Assembly: GCA_041742135.1 (NCBI GenBank)
Contig: JBGSJG010000008.1
Span: 162,902-226,901 of the forward strand
Direction of reading: 5' to 3'
DNA: 64,000 nucleotides
From: Patescibacteria group bacterium
GTDB lineage: Bacteria > Patescibacteriota > Microgenomatia > UBA8517
A program made the translations under genes and the position numbers. The notes beneath the pieces were generated by a model. The model was not told the origin of the DNA, made no database searches, and worked only from the letters and a program-made list of their open reading frames with translations. Of the stretch, positions 29,661-39,200 are shown one piece after another. Each line of letters starts with the position of its first letter. Position 1 is the stretch's first letter.

Positions 29661-31937
29661 GTGTTTAATATGAATGTGATGGCATCTGTCCGCCCAATAG
29701 CAGTATTTTTTAAAGAAATAGACAAAGACGATATCCCTTTGGTGGGTGGCAAGGGCGCTAACCTCGGCGAGATGACTCAAGCCGGGTTTCCTGTCCCTAA
29801 CGGTTTTGCGGTTACCGTGGAAGGCTACGAGCGTTTTTTGGAAGAGAATCAACTTCATCAGTATCTAATTGACGTATTAAAAGACACAGACGTAGCTAAC
29901 CCCGAAAGCCTTGAAAATGCTTCACGCAAAATTCAGCACAAAATTGTGACCTGCTCGATGCCGGATCTGGTTGCTCATGAAACTATAAAAGCTTACAAAA
30001 AGCTTTCGGGACCATTTAAAAAAGCCCTCGTGGCAGTTCGCTCAAGCGCTACTGCTGAGGATTTGCCCGGAGCCAGTTTCGCTGGTCAGCAGGCAACTTT
30101 CCTCAATATCAAAGGTGAGGCTCACTTGATGCAAAGTGTCAAAGAGTGCTGGGCTTCACTTTTTACTGCTCGCGCGATTTTTTATCGAAATGAAAACAAA
30201 ATTGACCATCCTAAGGTAAAAATTTCGGTTATTGTCCAAAAGATGGTTCAGTCTGATGTCTCGGGCGTCATGTTTTCAATTGATCCTGTGACCAACGACA
30301 AAGAGCGAATCATTGTTGAGTCTGTTTGGGGGCTTGGGGAAATGATTGTCCAAGGATCAGTTGTCCCTGATACCTACATTGTTCAAAAAGGAACTTTCGC
30401 CATCCTTTCCAAAGAAATTTCGGATCAGCGTGTACAGCTTATCCGAAAGGGTGACAAAACCGAAGAGCGCGAGGTTCCTGAAAAACTTCGCGATAAACAA
30501 AAAATAACAAACGAGGAAGTTGTTGCACTGGCCAAGCTCGCTAACCGCTTGCAGGAACATTATTACTTCCCTCAAGATATCGAGTGGGCCAAGGAGGGCA
30601 AAAATCTATTCATTACACAGACTAGGCCAGTTACTACTACTAATAAGCGAATGTCCAAGGCAGACGAGAATTTCAAATCTGCTGAGACCCCGGTTTTGCG
30701 AGGTGCGGCGGCTAGCCCAGGGATAGGATCGGGAACAGTCAGAATTCTAAAATCTCCGAAAGAAATCGGTAAAGTAGCCGAAGGTGATGTTTTGGTAGCC
30801 CCCATGACTTCACCCGATTATGTTCCCGCAATGAAGCGCGCGGTTGCAATCGTGACCAACGAAGGAGGGCTCACTAGCCACGCCGCGATTGTAAGCCGTG
30901 AGCTCGGTGTTCCTTGTGTGGTTGGAACCAAAGAAGCTACAGCAAAGCTTCGAGATGGTGACATGGTCACTGTGGATGGGGCTAAGGGCTTAGTTTACAT
31001 GGGAGCACGGGTAGTTAAAGAAGAAGAAAAGATTGCTCCAAAGGTTTATAAAAAAGTTCGAACTGCAACTCGCGTTTATGTAAACCTGGCCGAGCTTGAC
31101 CGGGCAAAAGAAATTTCCAAAAGAAATGTTGATGGAGTTGGTCTTCTTCGAGCTGAATTTATGATTGCTGGCATCGGAATTCATCCAAAAGAAGCGATTG
31201 CCCAAAAGAAGCAGGGCGAGTTTATCGATAAGCTCGCAGCTGATTTGGAAAAGTTTTGCAAGGCTTTTTCTCCACGCCCAGTGGTTTACCGGGCAACGGA
31301 TTTTAAAACAAATGAGTATAGAGCACTTCCAGGAGGAAAAGCGTGGGAGCCCGAGGAGCCAAACCCACTGATGGGTTTTCGAGGAGCTTTTCGATATGTT
31401 ACTCAGCCGGACGTTTTTAACTTGGAGCTTCAGGCAATCAAGAAAGTTCGCGCGAAGTACGACAACTTGTGGATGATGATTCCTTTCGTGCGGTCTCCCG
31501 AGGAACTGGCTCGTGTTCGCCGCCTAATTTCCGCCGAGGGCTTTTTTGAAAGCACCAGCTTCAAGCTTTGGATGATGGTAGAGCTTCCAGTAAACGTTAT
31601 TCAACTTGAAGATTTTATCAAGGTTGGAATCGATGGAGTTTCGATTGGAAGTAATGACTTAACCATGCTTATGATGGGTACGGACCGAGACAATGCTGAG
31701 GTGGCCGAAGCCTTTAATGAAAGGTCAAAAGCTGTTCGCTGGGCACTAAGGCGCGTTATCAGAATTTGTAACAAACACCACATAAGCTCTTCGATTTGTG
31801 GTCAAGCCCCGTCCACTTATGACGACTTGGTTGAGCGCTTGGTTCGTTATGGCATCACTAGTATTTCAGTTAACCCCGACGCGATAGAGCGCGTCCGTGA
31901 AGTTATTGCAAATACAGAGGCGGATATTATTAAATAA
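29661..31937 (+). CDS. ppsA: Phosphoenolpyruvate synthase (PEP-utilising enzyme, PpsA-like)
   Basis: N-terminal ATP-grasp region PLVGGKGANLGEMTQAGFPVPNGFAVT, phospho-His domain GGLTSHAAIVSRELGVPCVVG and a C-terminal PEP-binding TIM barrel. Confidence 0.85.
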   Translation: MFNMNVMASVRPIAVFFKEIDKDDIPLVGGKGANLGEMTQAGFPVPNGFAVTVEGYERFLEENQLHQYLIDVLKDTDVANPESLENASRKIQHKIVTCSMPDLVAHETIKAYKKLSGPFKKALVAVRSSATAEDLPGASFAGQQATFLNIKGEAHLMQSVKECWASLFTARAIFYRNENKIDHPKVKISVIVQKMVQSDVSGVMFSIDPVTNDKERIIVESVWGLGEMIVQGSVVPDTYIVQKGTFAILSKEISDQRVQLIRKGDKTEEREVPEKLRDKQKITNEEVVALAKLANRLQEHYYFPQDIEWAKEGKNLFITQTRPVTTTNKRMSKADENFKSAETPVLRGAAASPGIGSGTVRILKSPKEIGKVAEGDVLVAPMTSPDYVPAMKRAVAIVTNEGGLTSHAAIVSRELGVPCVVGTKEATAKLRDGDMVTVDGAKGLVYMGARVVKEEEKIAPKVYKKVRTATRVYVNLAELDRAKEISKRNVDGVGLLRAEFMIAGIGIHPKEAIAQKKQGEFIDKLAADLEKFCKAFSPRPVVYRATDFKTNEYRALPGGKAWEPEEPNPLMGFRGAFRYVTQPDVFNLELQAIKKVRAKYDNLWMMIPFVRSPEELARVRRLISAEGFFESTSFKLWMMVELPVNVIQLEDFIKVGIDGVSIGSNDLTMLMMGTDRDNAEVAEAFNERSKAVRWALRRVIRICNKHHISSSICGQAPSTYDDLVERLVRYGITSISVNPDAIERVREVIANTEADIIK

Positions 31938-31942
31938 TACTC

Positions 31943-33226
31943 ATGACAAGAATACAACGAGTTTGGGCAAGAGAAATTTTAGACTCTCGAGCAACGCCTA
32001 CAATTGAGGCGGCGGTCCAGCTGGACAGTGGAGCAGTTGCAGTTGCATCCGTTCCTTCTGGAGCTTCAACTGGGGTTCATGAGGCATTGGAGCTTCGCGA
32101 CAAAGACACTTCACGCTTCCGTGGCAAAGGAGTATTAAAAGCAGTTAACAATGTAAATCAGTTGATTGGCCCGGCTTTGGTTACAGCTGGAGTAGATCCG
32201 GTGGACCAGCAAGGCTTGGACAATCGGCTTATTCAGATGGACGGAACTGAAAACAAGTCTAGAATGGGCGCCAATGCGATTTTGGCAGTTTCAATAGCCG
32301 CTTGCAAAGCTGCTGCGATGGCGCAAAAAATGTCTGTTTATCAATGGGTCCAAAAGCTCGCTATGGCCAAAGGGGTCAAATCTCAACTGCGTGTGCCTAC
32401 TCCTCTTTTTAACATGATTAATGGAGGTTTGCACGGAGCCGGCAACTTGGATTTTCAAGAGTTTTTTGTGATTCCTGCTACTACAAAACAGTTTACCGAA
32501 GGCCTTCGCCTCGGAGTGGAAGTTTACATGCTTATTGGCGAAAATTTGTCTCATCGCGGAGCCATTCACTCGGTTGGAGATGAGGGGGGCTATGCTCCGA
32601 ACTTATTTACTAATGCGGATGCTTTGGAAGTTTTAGTTGAGGCAATTCGCCAAACTTCTTATCAGCTTGGCCGAGATGTATTTTTGGGGCTAGATGTTGC
32701 TGCCAGCACATTTTATGAGAATAATGTTTACACCATTCGTGACAAGTCGGCACCCCTCAATGAAGACATGCTGATTGAGTACTACAAAGAGACTAATGGA
32801 ATGTATCACTTGGCGATTTTAGAAGACCCGTTGCACGAAGATGCGTGGGAAGGGTGGAAAAAAGTGAGGCAAGTGTTGGGCAATCAAGCTACGATTGTTG
32901 GCGATGACTTGTTGGCTACAAATCCAAAACGGGTACAAAAAGCTATTGCGGAAGGGGCTTGCAATGGAATTTTGGTAAAACCAAACCAGATAGGCACACT
33001 TTCGGAAACGCTCGACGTCATCAAGATGGCTAGAGATGCTAATTGGAAAGTTATTGTGTCGCACAGATCAGGTGAAACCAATGATGCCTTTATTGCTGAA
33101 TTCGCAGTTGGAGTAGGTGCTGACTTTGTTAAGTTTGGAGCTCCAGCGCGCGGTGAACGTGTGGTCAAGTACAACAGGTTAAGCTCCATCGAGGTTGAAT
33201 TGACCCTTTCTCAAAATGCTGGTTAA
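31943..33226 (+). CDS. eno: Enolase
   Basis: IQRVWAREILDSRATPTIEA..., SGASTG and the C-terminal SHRSGETND motif. Confidence 0.9.
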   Translation: MTRIQRVWAREILDSRATPTIEAAVQLDSGAVAVASVPSGASTGVHEALELRDKDTSRFRGKGVLKAVNNVNQLIGPALVTAGVDPVDQQGLDNRLIQMDGTENKSRMGANAILAVSIAACKAAAMAQKMSVYQWVQKLAMAKGVKSQLRVPTPLFNMINGGLHGAGNLDFQEFFVIPATTKQFTEGLRLGVEVYMLIGENLSHRGAIHSVGDEGGYAPNLFTNADALEVLVEAIRQTSYQLGRDVFLGLDVAASTFYENNVYTIRDKSAPLNEDMLIEYYKETNGMYHLAILEDPLHEDAWEGWKKVRQVLGNQATIVGDDLLATNPKRVQKAIAEGACNGILVKPNQIGTLSETLDVIKMARDANWKVIVSHRSGETNDAFIAEFAVGVGADFVKFGAPARGERVVKYNRLSSIEVELTLSQNAG

Positions 33227-34877
33227 TAAGCCGAATCTCGTCCTTCTCGTTGTTTTGGATGGCTGGGGAATAGCGCCACCAGGTCCCGGTAATGCGATCG
33301 CAACTGCGAATACACCTAACTACAATCGATTTTGGGCAAGCTACCCTCATACTGAGCTTCGAGCCTCTGGGGAAGCTGTGGGGCTACCTACAGGAGAAGT
33401 TGGAAACACGGAGACGGGCCATCTAAATATTGGTGCCGGAAGGATTGTTTATCAAGATTTGGCTAGAATTAACATAGCGATTGCAGATGGATCGTTTTTG
33501 GAAAACGAAGCGTTCACCGCTGCTTGCGACCATGCTAATCAAAATAATTCGGCACTTCACTTGATGGGGCTTTTGGGTGCTGGTGGAACGCATTCGAGTA
33601 TGGAGCATTTGTTTGCGCTCATCAGTCTTGCTCACTCTAAAGGAGTCAGCAAACTGTTTATTCACGTTTTTACCGACGGTCGCGATTCCCCTCCCAACTC
33701 GGCACTTTCTTATATATCCCAATTGGAAGATGTTTTAAACAAAGAAGGAGTTGGCAAAATTGCAACGATCATGGGGCGCTATTTTGCGATGGACCGGGAC
33801 CAGCGGTGGGAGCGAACTGAAAAGGCATACGAGTGCCTAACTGAGGCCAAGGGCGATAAGGTAAAAAGCGCCCAAGAGGCAGTCAGCCGTGCTTATGAAA
33901 TGGGATTAACCGATGAATTTATTGTCCCTACGGTTGTTACCGATGAAGCTGGGCGTCCGCTGGGTACCGTGGGTGATAATGATTCTGTGATTATTTATAA
34001 TTTCAGAATTGATAGGCCGAGGCAATTAACGTATGCTTTTATTGGAAACGAGCAGCATGATAGTAGTGCTACTTTCGATTTTGATCCATACTCCATCGTT
34101 TACGAACATACCCATTTAGCACAAAAAAGCTTAAAAACACTTTTCCGAGGTAGAGCGAAGCCAAAAAATATTTTTGTTGCTACGATGACCGAATATACCA
34201 AACTTTTTTCAAAGCTAGGTGTATCAGTTGCGTTTCCACCAGTGCAGATTAGTATGCCTCTGGGAAAAGTTTTGTCACAGCACAAGCTGCGGCAGCTTAG
34301 AGCCGCAGAGAGTGAAAAAGAGCGTTTTGTAACTTATTATTTTAACGGCCAATCTGAGCGTGCCGATGAAGGTGAGGAGAGGCTTATTGTGCCATCTCCG
34401 AAGGTGGCAACTTATGATCTCGCGCCAGAGATGTCGGTTGAGGCTTTAACCCAAGAAGTTTATACACGCCTTGCAAGCAAATCTTACACTTTTTGTGTAG
34501 TTAACTTTGCCAATCCCGACATGGTTGGCCACACTGGAAACTTTGAAGCGGGAGTAAAGGCTGTGGAGTCGGCGGATAGGTGTATCGGAAGACTTGGCAC
34601 GCTTGTGTTGGCACTAAACGGTACCATGTTAATCACTGGAGATCATGGCAATGTGGAAGAGATGGTTTCGCTTGCGACTCACCAAAGAGACACAGAGCAT
34701 AGTAGTAACCCAGTACCGTTTATTGCTGTTTCCAAGCAGTTTTTAGGCAAACCAGTTACGCTGCCATCCGGGATATTAGCCGATATCGCTCCAACCGTGC
34801 TTGCTTTGATGGGAATTGAAAAACCAAATGTAATGACAGGTCGCAATTTACTTGCAAGTTTGATGAAGAAGAGATAA
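33216..34877 (+). CDS. gpmI: 2,3-bisphosphoglycerate-independent phosphoglycerate mutase
   Basis: LVVLDGWGIAPPGPGNAI, TDGRDSPP and GDHGN metal-site motifs. Confidence 0.9.
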   Translation: MLVNKPNLVLLVVLDGWGIAPPGPGNAIATANTPNYNRFWASYPHTELRASGEAVGLPTGEVGNTETGHLNIGAGRIVYQDLARINIAIADGSFLENEAFTAACDHANQNNSALHLMGLLGAGGTHSSMEHLFALISLAHSKGVSKLFIHVFTDGRDSPPNSALSYISQLEDVLNKEGVGKIATIMGRYFAMDRDQRWERTEKAYECLTEAKGDKVKSAQEAVSRAYEMGLTDEFIVPTVVTDEAGRPLGTVGDNDSVIIYNFRIDRPRQLTYAFIGNEQHDSSATFDFDPYSIVYEHTHLAQKSLKTLFRGRAKPKNIFVATMTEYTKLFSKLGVSVAFPPVQISMPLGKVLSQHKLRQLRAAESEKERFVTYYFNGQSERADEGEERLIVPSPKVATYDLAPEMSVEALTQEVYTRLASKSYTFCVVNFANPDMVGHTGNFEAGVKAVESADRCIGRLGTLVLALNGTMLITGDHGNVEEMVSLATHQRDTEHSSNPVPFIAVSKQFLGKPVTLPSGILADIAPTVLALMGIEKPNVMTGRNLLASLMKKR

Positions 34878-34879
34878 GG

Positions 34880-35509
34880 TCAAATAGCCTGATACTTCCG
34901 GATTAACCCCACCACTTTTCCTTGAATTGTTACGTTTTTGACAAAGATCGGAGACATTGCGCTGTTGGCCGGCTCCAAGCGAATTCTGGTTGCTTCTTTG
35001 AAAAATCTTTTGAGTGTTGCTGTACCATTTTCTAAAAGCGCAACAACTATTTGGCCGTTCCTGGCTTCAGCAGTTTCTTCGATTACTACATAATCTCCGT
35101 CACGAATCTGCTCTTCGATCATCGATTCGCCCCGCACTTGCAAAACATAAACTCTTTTTTTGCTGGATACAAACGATGGTCCGATTGTCATTTTTGCGTG
35201 CGGATCAGTGTGAGGCTCGATTGGCCTTCCTGCCGCGATAAATCCTAGGATTGGAACTTCGACGGCTTTCTCTGAAACGAAATCAACGGTTTTATCTACA
35301 AGTTCGATTCCGCGGGTTTTGCCGCCTTTGCGTTTGATTATCCCTTTGGTTTGAAGTGATTCCAAGTGTTCATGAACTGTTGCCAAAGAAGAAACTCCGA
35401 TTGCATCTGCAATTTGGCGAAGTGTAGGAGCTGTTTGGTTTGCCTGAATGAATTGCTGAATAAAATCAACTATTTGCCTTTGGCGCTTATATAAAATAGG
35501 TGCTTGCAT
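34880..35509 (-). CDS. lexA: LexA repressor
   Basis: wHTH N-terminus (LTKRQREI-like QRQIVDF, TLRQIADAIG), S24 peptidase domain GESM, and cleavage-site region AAG at PILGFIAAG. Confidence 0.85.
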   Translation of the reverse strand: MQAPILYKRQRQIVDFIQQFIQANQTAPTLRQIADAIGVSSLATVHEHLESLQTKGIIKRKGGKTRGIELVDKTVDFVSEKAVEVPILGFIAAGRPIEPHTDPHAKMTIGPSFVSSKKRVYVLQVRGESMIEEQIRDGDYVVIEETAEARNGQIVVALLENGTATLKRFFKEATRIRLEPANSAMSPIFVKNVTIQGKVVGLIRKYQAI

Positions 35510-35515
35510 ATAAAC

Positions 35516-35544
35516 ACTCTACAAACAAAACCCGAAGTTGTCAA
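35516..35544 (-). promoter_or_regulatory. lexA promoter (-35 TTGACA, 17-nt spacer, -10 TAGAGT, leaderless) with TTCGGGTT motif in spacer; shared divergent region with the NTase-uvrB operon
   Basis: The minus strand reads TTGACAACTTCGGGTTTTGTTTGTAGAGT and ends 7 nt before the lexA ATG. The 12-mer ACAAAACCCGAA is identical to the uvrA upstream site. Confidence 0.45.
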
Positions 35545-35575
35545 TAATCAAAATGGGTCTTGATATACTTTAGTA

Positions 35576-36142
35576 ATGAATAGAAAAGCTGAACTTCGGC
35601 AGATGCTGTTTTCCGACAAACGGCTGATGAGAATTTTGAGCTTGGCAAGAGAAGCTAACTTACCTAACTGGTATATCGGAGCAGGGTTGATCAGGAATTA
35701 TGTTTGGGATTTTTTACATGGGTGGCCTCAAAGAACACCGATCCGGGATGTTGATTTTATTTATTACTCTCCGGACGCAATTGATGAAGTGAGAGTTAGA
35801 GCAATGCTTGCCAAAAAGATGCCCAAGATAGATTGGGATTTAAAAAACTCGGCCTTTGTACACGCTTGGTATGCCAATAAGGGGATCGTGCGGCCCGCGC
35901 TTAAATCTTCCGAAGAAGATATCGACGGCTGGCCTGAAACCGCTTCGTGTGTTGGAGTACGTTTGCAGGCTGACGATGAACTTCTTATCTATGTACCTTA
36001 CGAGGTTGATGATTTGCTAAATATGGTTTTTAGAAGAAATAAAAATAATCAATATAGCGTAAACGAAGAAGTTTTTCGCAAAAGAGTTATTGATAAGAAG
36101 ATAAAGGAACGATGGCCAAAAGTTAAAATTATTTACGATTGA
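35576..36142 (+). CDS. Minimal nucleotidyltransferase-fold protein (Pol-beta superfamily NTase, function unknown)
   Basis: GAGLIRNYVWDFLHG...RDVDFIYY fits the hG[GS]x(9-13)DhD NTase signature. Divergent from lexA and 25 nt upstream of uvrB. Confidence 0.5.
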   Translation: MNRKAELRQMLFSDKRLMRILSLAREANLPNWYIGAGLIRNYVWDFLHGWPQRTPIRDVDFIYYSPDAIDEVRVRAMLAKKMPKIDWDLKNSAFVHAWYANKGIVRPALKSSEEDIDGWPETASCVGVRLQADDELLIYVPYEVDDLLNMVFRRNKNNQYSVNEEVFRKRVIDKKIKERWPKVKIIYD

Positions 36143-36167
36143 TTTTAGCTTTACTTTCGCATTATAT

Positions 36168-38201
36168 TTGGTATATAGTTCTTACGTGAGCAAATTTCAA
36201 CTTAAGTCCCGTTACAAGCCTGTTTATGACCAAAAGAGCGCCATAGAAAAATTGGTCAAGGGCGTTCGTGGGCAAAATCCATATCAAGTCCTTTTGGGAG
36301 TTACAGGCTCTGGCAAAACTTTTACAGTTGCGAATCTTATCCAAAGGCTTCAAATGCCCACATTGATTCTGTCACACAATAAAACTCTTGCCGCCCAGCT
36401 TTACCAAGAATTTCGAGATTTTTTTCCTGAAAATGCAGTTAGCTACTTTGTCAGCTATTACGACTATTATCAACCTGAGGCTTATATCCCCTCGACTGAT
36501 ACTTACATTGAAAAAGACTCTGACATCAATGAGCTTATCGACAAGCTTCGGCTTGAGGCCACCGCAAATCTCCTAACGCGCAAAGATGTAATCGTGGTGG
36601 CTTCGGTTAGCGCCATCTACAACATCGGCTCACCAAAGGAGTACGGCAAATTTGTATTTGAATTTGTTAGTGGTATGAAAATTAGCCGTGAGCAAATCAT
36701 CGATAGATTAATCGATCTTCAATACGAGCGAGGCGAATTTGGCTTTCACCGCGGCACTTTTCGTGTCCGTGGGGACACGATTTCCATCTTCCCTTCATAT
36801 CAGGATCAAGCAGTCGATGTGGAGATGAAGGGGGAGCGGATTGATACGATTACCATTAGCGACCCCATCACGGGTAAAATTTTGGAAAACTTGAAAGCCC
36901 CCTTTACGCTCTTTCCCGCGAAGCATTTCATAACTGATCCTACCAAAAACAAGACGGCTTACCAAGCAATACGAAATGATTTAAAGGATCGAATTAACTA
37001 TTTTAAATCCAACGGCCAAGAACTTGAGGCAAATAGGATCAAACAAAAAGTCACATACGACCTGGAGATGATGGAGGAAATTGGCTATGTTAAAGGCATT
37101 GAAAATTATTCTAGGTATTTTGACGGCAGATCTCCGGGGGACGCGCCAAATTCTTTGCTGGAATACTTCAATGAAGCTTATGGTAAAGACTGGCTTGTAG
37201 TGGTTGATGAGAGCCATATAGGTTTTCCCCAAATTCGTGGAATGTATGCAGGGGACTTGTCTCGCAAGAAAACTTTGATTGATTACGGCTTCAGGCTTCC
37301 GGCAAGTTTGGATAATCGGCCCCTGACTTTTGATGAGTTTATGCGACGAATTCCCGGATTTATCGCCACTTCTGCAACGCCCGCTGAGTGGGAAAAATCC
37401 ATGGCTGGAGAGAAAAATATTGTAGAAATGCTTCTTCGGCCAACAGGCATTCCCGATCCGGAAGTGGAAATTAGGCCAGTTAAAACTCAAGTAGCCGATG
37501 TGATCGAAGAGATTAAAAAAAGAAAAGCTTTGGGACAGCGAACTTTAGTTACTACTTTAACCAAACGAACCGCGGAAGATTTGACTGAATACTTAAAAGA
37601 ACAGGGAATTGATGTTCAGTATTTGCATTCGGATGTTCATACTTTGGACCGAACTGACATCTTGGACGATCTGCGAGCTGGAAAATACGACTGTTTGGTT
37701 GGAATAAATTTGCTTCGAGAAGGCCTTGATTTGCCCGAAGTTTCTTTGGTTGCAATACTCGATGCGGACAAGGAAGGGTTTTTGCGAAGTGACGTGACCT
37801 TGATCCAGACCATGGGCCGCGCAGCCAGACATATCGATGGCCATGTGATTATGTATGCTGATCGCATCACAGGCTCTATGAAGCGAGCGTTGGACGAGGT
37901 CAAAAGACGCCGTGAATATCAGTTCTCAGTTAATAAAAAGTACGGGATAACGCCGACTCCGATTACCAAGCCAATCAGGGAAAAACTGGTGGATCGAGAA
38001 GTGGAAGCGGCAAGCCTTGCAATGGAAGATCGGGATATTGTTTATGCCAGACTGCCGGATATTGATCTAAATGCACTAACTCCGATGGATAAGAAAAAAC
38101 TTGCCAAAAAGCTCAAGCGAGAGATGAAGATTGCAGCCGAGGAACTTAATTTTGAACTTGCTATACAAATTCGTGACAAAGTTCACGAATTGGAAAACTG
38201 A
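36168..38201 (+). CDS. uvrB: Excinuclease ABC subunit B
   Basis: Helicase motifs (GVTGSGKT Walker A, DESH), beta-hairpin and C-terminal UVR domain (ELAIQIRDKVHELE). Confidence 0.9.
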   Translation: MVYSSYVSKFQLKSRYKPVYDQKSAIEKLVKGVRGQNPYQVLLGVTGSGKTFTVANLIQRLQMPTLILSHNKTLAAQLYQEFRDFFPENAVSYFVSYYDYYQPEAYIPSTDTYIEKDSDINELIDKLRLEATANLLTRKDVIVVASVSAIYNIGSPKEYGKFVFEFVSGMKISREQIIDRLIDLQYERGEFGFHRGTFRVRGDTISIFPSYQDQAVDVEMKGERIDTITISDPITGKILENLKAPFTLFPAKHFITDPTKNKTAYQAIRNDLKDRINYFKSNGQELEANRIKQKVTYDLEMMEEIGYVKGIENYSRYFDGRSPGDAPNSLLEYFNEAYGKDWLVVVDESHIGFPQIRGMYAGDLSRKKTLIDYGFRLPASLDNRPLTFDEFMRRIPGFIATSATPAEWEKSMAGEKNIVEMLLRPTGIPDPEVEIRPVKTQVADVIEEIKKRKALGQRTLVTTLTKRTAEDLTEYLKEQGIDVQYLHSDVHTLDRTDILDDLRAGKYDCLVGINLLREGLDLPEVSLVAILDADKEGFLRSDVTLIQTMGRAARHIDGHVIMYADRITGSMKRALDEVKRRREYQFSVNKKYGITPTPITKPIREKLVDREVEAASLAMEDRDIVYARLPDIDLNALTPMDKKKLAKKLKREMKIAAEELNFELAIQIRDKVHELEN

Positions 38202-38317
38202 CTATTCCCGATTTTCAGTTAATTTTGGGCAAACTTCTGAAAGTCCCATTTGGATTACAACCTGAAGTTGGGTTTCTTTAATTTTACCCTTATGAAAATA
38301 TTACTTACAGAGTCAAA

Positions 38318-38548
38318 CTATTCTTCTCTTTTAGTCTTTTCTAAGGCTTCCCGCGCAGTTTCGATCGCTCTTTTGCTTGCGTCAAGTTGACTACGAAAAG
38401 CTTCTGCTACCAATTTAATTGTTGCAACCAAGTCATCCGGGTCTTTTAAAAGCACTAAGGTTGCATCACCTTCGTCATTTCCAGGCCGAATGTACTCTGT
38501 TTTAAAAAAACCTCTTTCAAAAAACATTTCGGGCGACTCATCTCGCAT
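38318..38548 (-). CDS. Hypothetical small acidic protein (76 aa)
   Basis: Same frame as the 38573..38917 ORF. Possibly the C-terminal part of an interrupted gene. Confidence 0.3.
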   Translation of the reverse strand: MRDESPEMFFERGFFKTEYIRPGNDEGDATLVLLKDPDDLVATIKLVAEAFRSQLDASKRAIETAREALEKTKREE

Positions 38549-38572
38549 TCTCAGTTTAAGGTGTGGAGAGGC

Positions 38573-38917
38573 CTAGCCGCGGTCAGCTGAATTTGTAATA
38601 AAACCTATGACCTCCTCTCTTGTTTCAGTGCTACCATTATTCAGGTCCAACCTGTAAAATCCAAAAGGTGTCATGACAAAATAACTTTTTGTGCCTTCCC
38701 ATTCTTTTGGGTTCGGAATGGGCATATTTGGGATAAGGGTTAGGTTTTCACCCTCGCCTAAACGAGCGAAAAACTTAACAATAGATTTTTCGTCTTGATC
38801 AGCAAAATCGGCAATAATTGATCGCATTTGCGCCGCCTCGTTTGTTGGGTCGTCCATGCCAAGAACTTCACCGTCATCACCAATTACCAAATCTGGAGTC
38901 ATACGGGGATTATACAC
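38573..38917 (-). CDS. Hypothetical small acidic protein (114 aa)
   Basis: ORF of unknown family. In frame with the downstream 76-aa ORF, separated by a single TAG plus 8 codons. Confidence 0.3.
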   Translation of the reverse strand: MYNPRMTPDLVIGDDGEVLGMDDPTNEAAQMRSIIADFADQDEKSIVKFFARLGEGENLTLIPNMPIPNPKEWEGTKSYFVMTPFGFYRLDLNNGSTETREEVIGFITNSADRG

Positions 38918-38964
38918 TACCGGTTAATTTTCCAAAATCGGATTTTGATGTGATAACATGACTT

Positions 38965-39195
38965 GTGGCAAAGAAAAACGGTAACGATCAATTTGTAACA
39001 AGGTCGATGTTAGACGAGGCAGTTGAGGCGATTCTGGCAGGTATGCAAAAAATGTTCGATCGTCAATCAAAAAGTATTGATAATTTAGAGGCTAAAGTGG
39101 ACAACGGATATGTGCAGTTAAGGCACGAGATTCGTGATCTACGCCATGATACCCCGAGTAAACAAGAATTCAACGATCTTAAATCTTCTCTGTAA
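38965..39195 (+). CDS. Hypothetical small coiled-coil protein
   Basis: 76-aa ORF directly upstream of the uvrA promoter. No family. Confidence 0.3.
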   Translation: MAKKNGNDQFVTRSMLDEAVEAILAGMQKMFDRQSKSIDNLEAKVDNGYVQLRHEIRDLRHDTPSKQEFNDLKSSL

Positions 39196-39200
39196 TTTAC

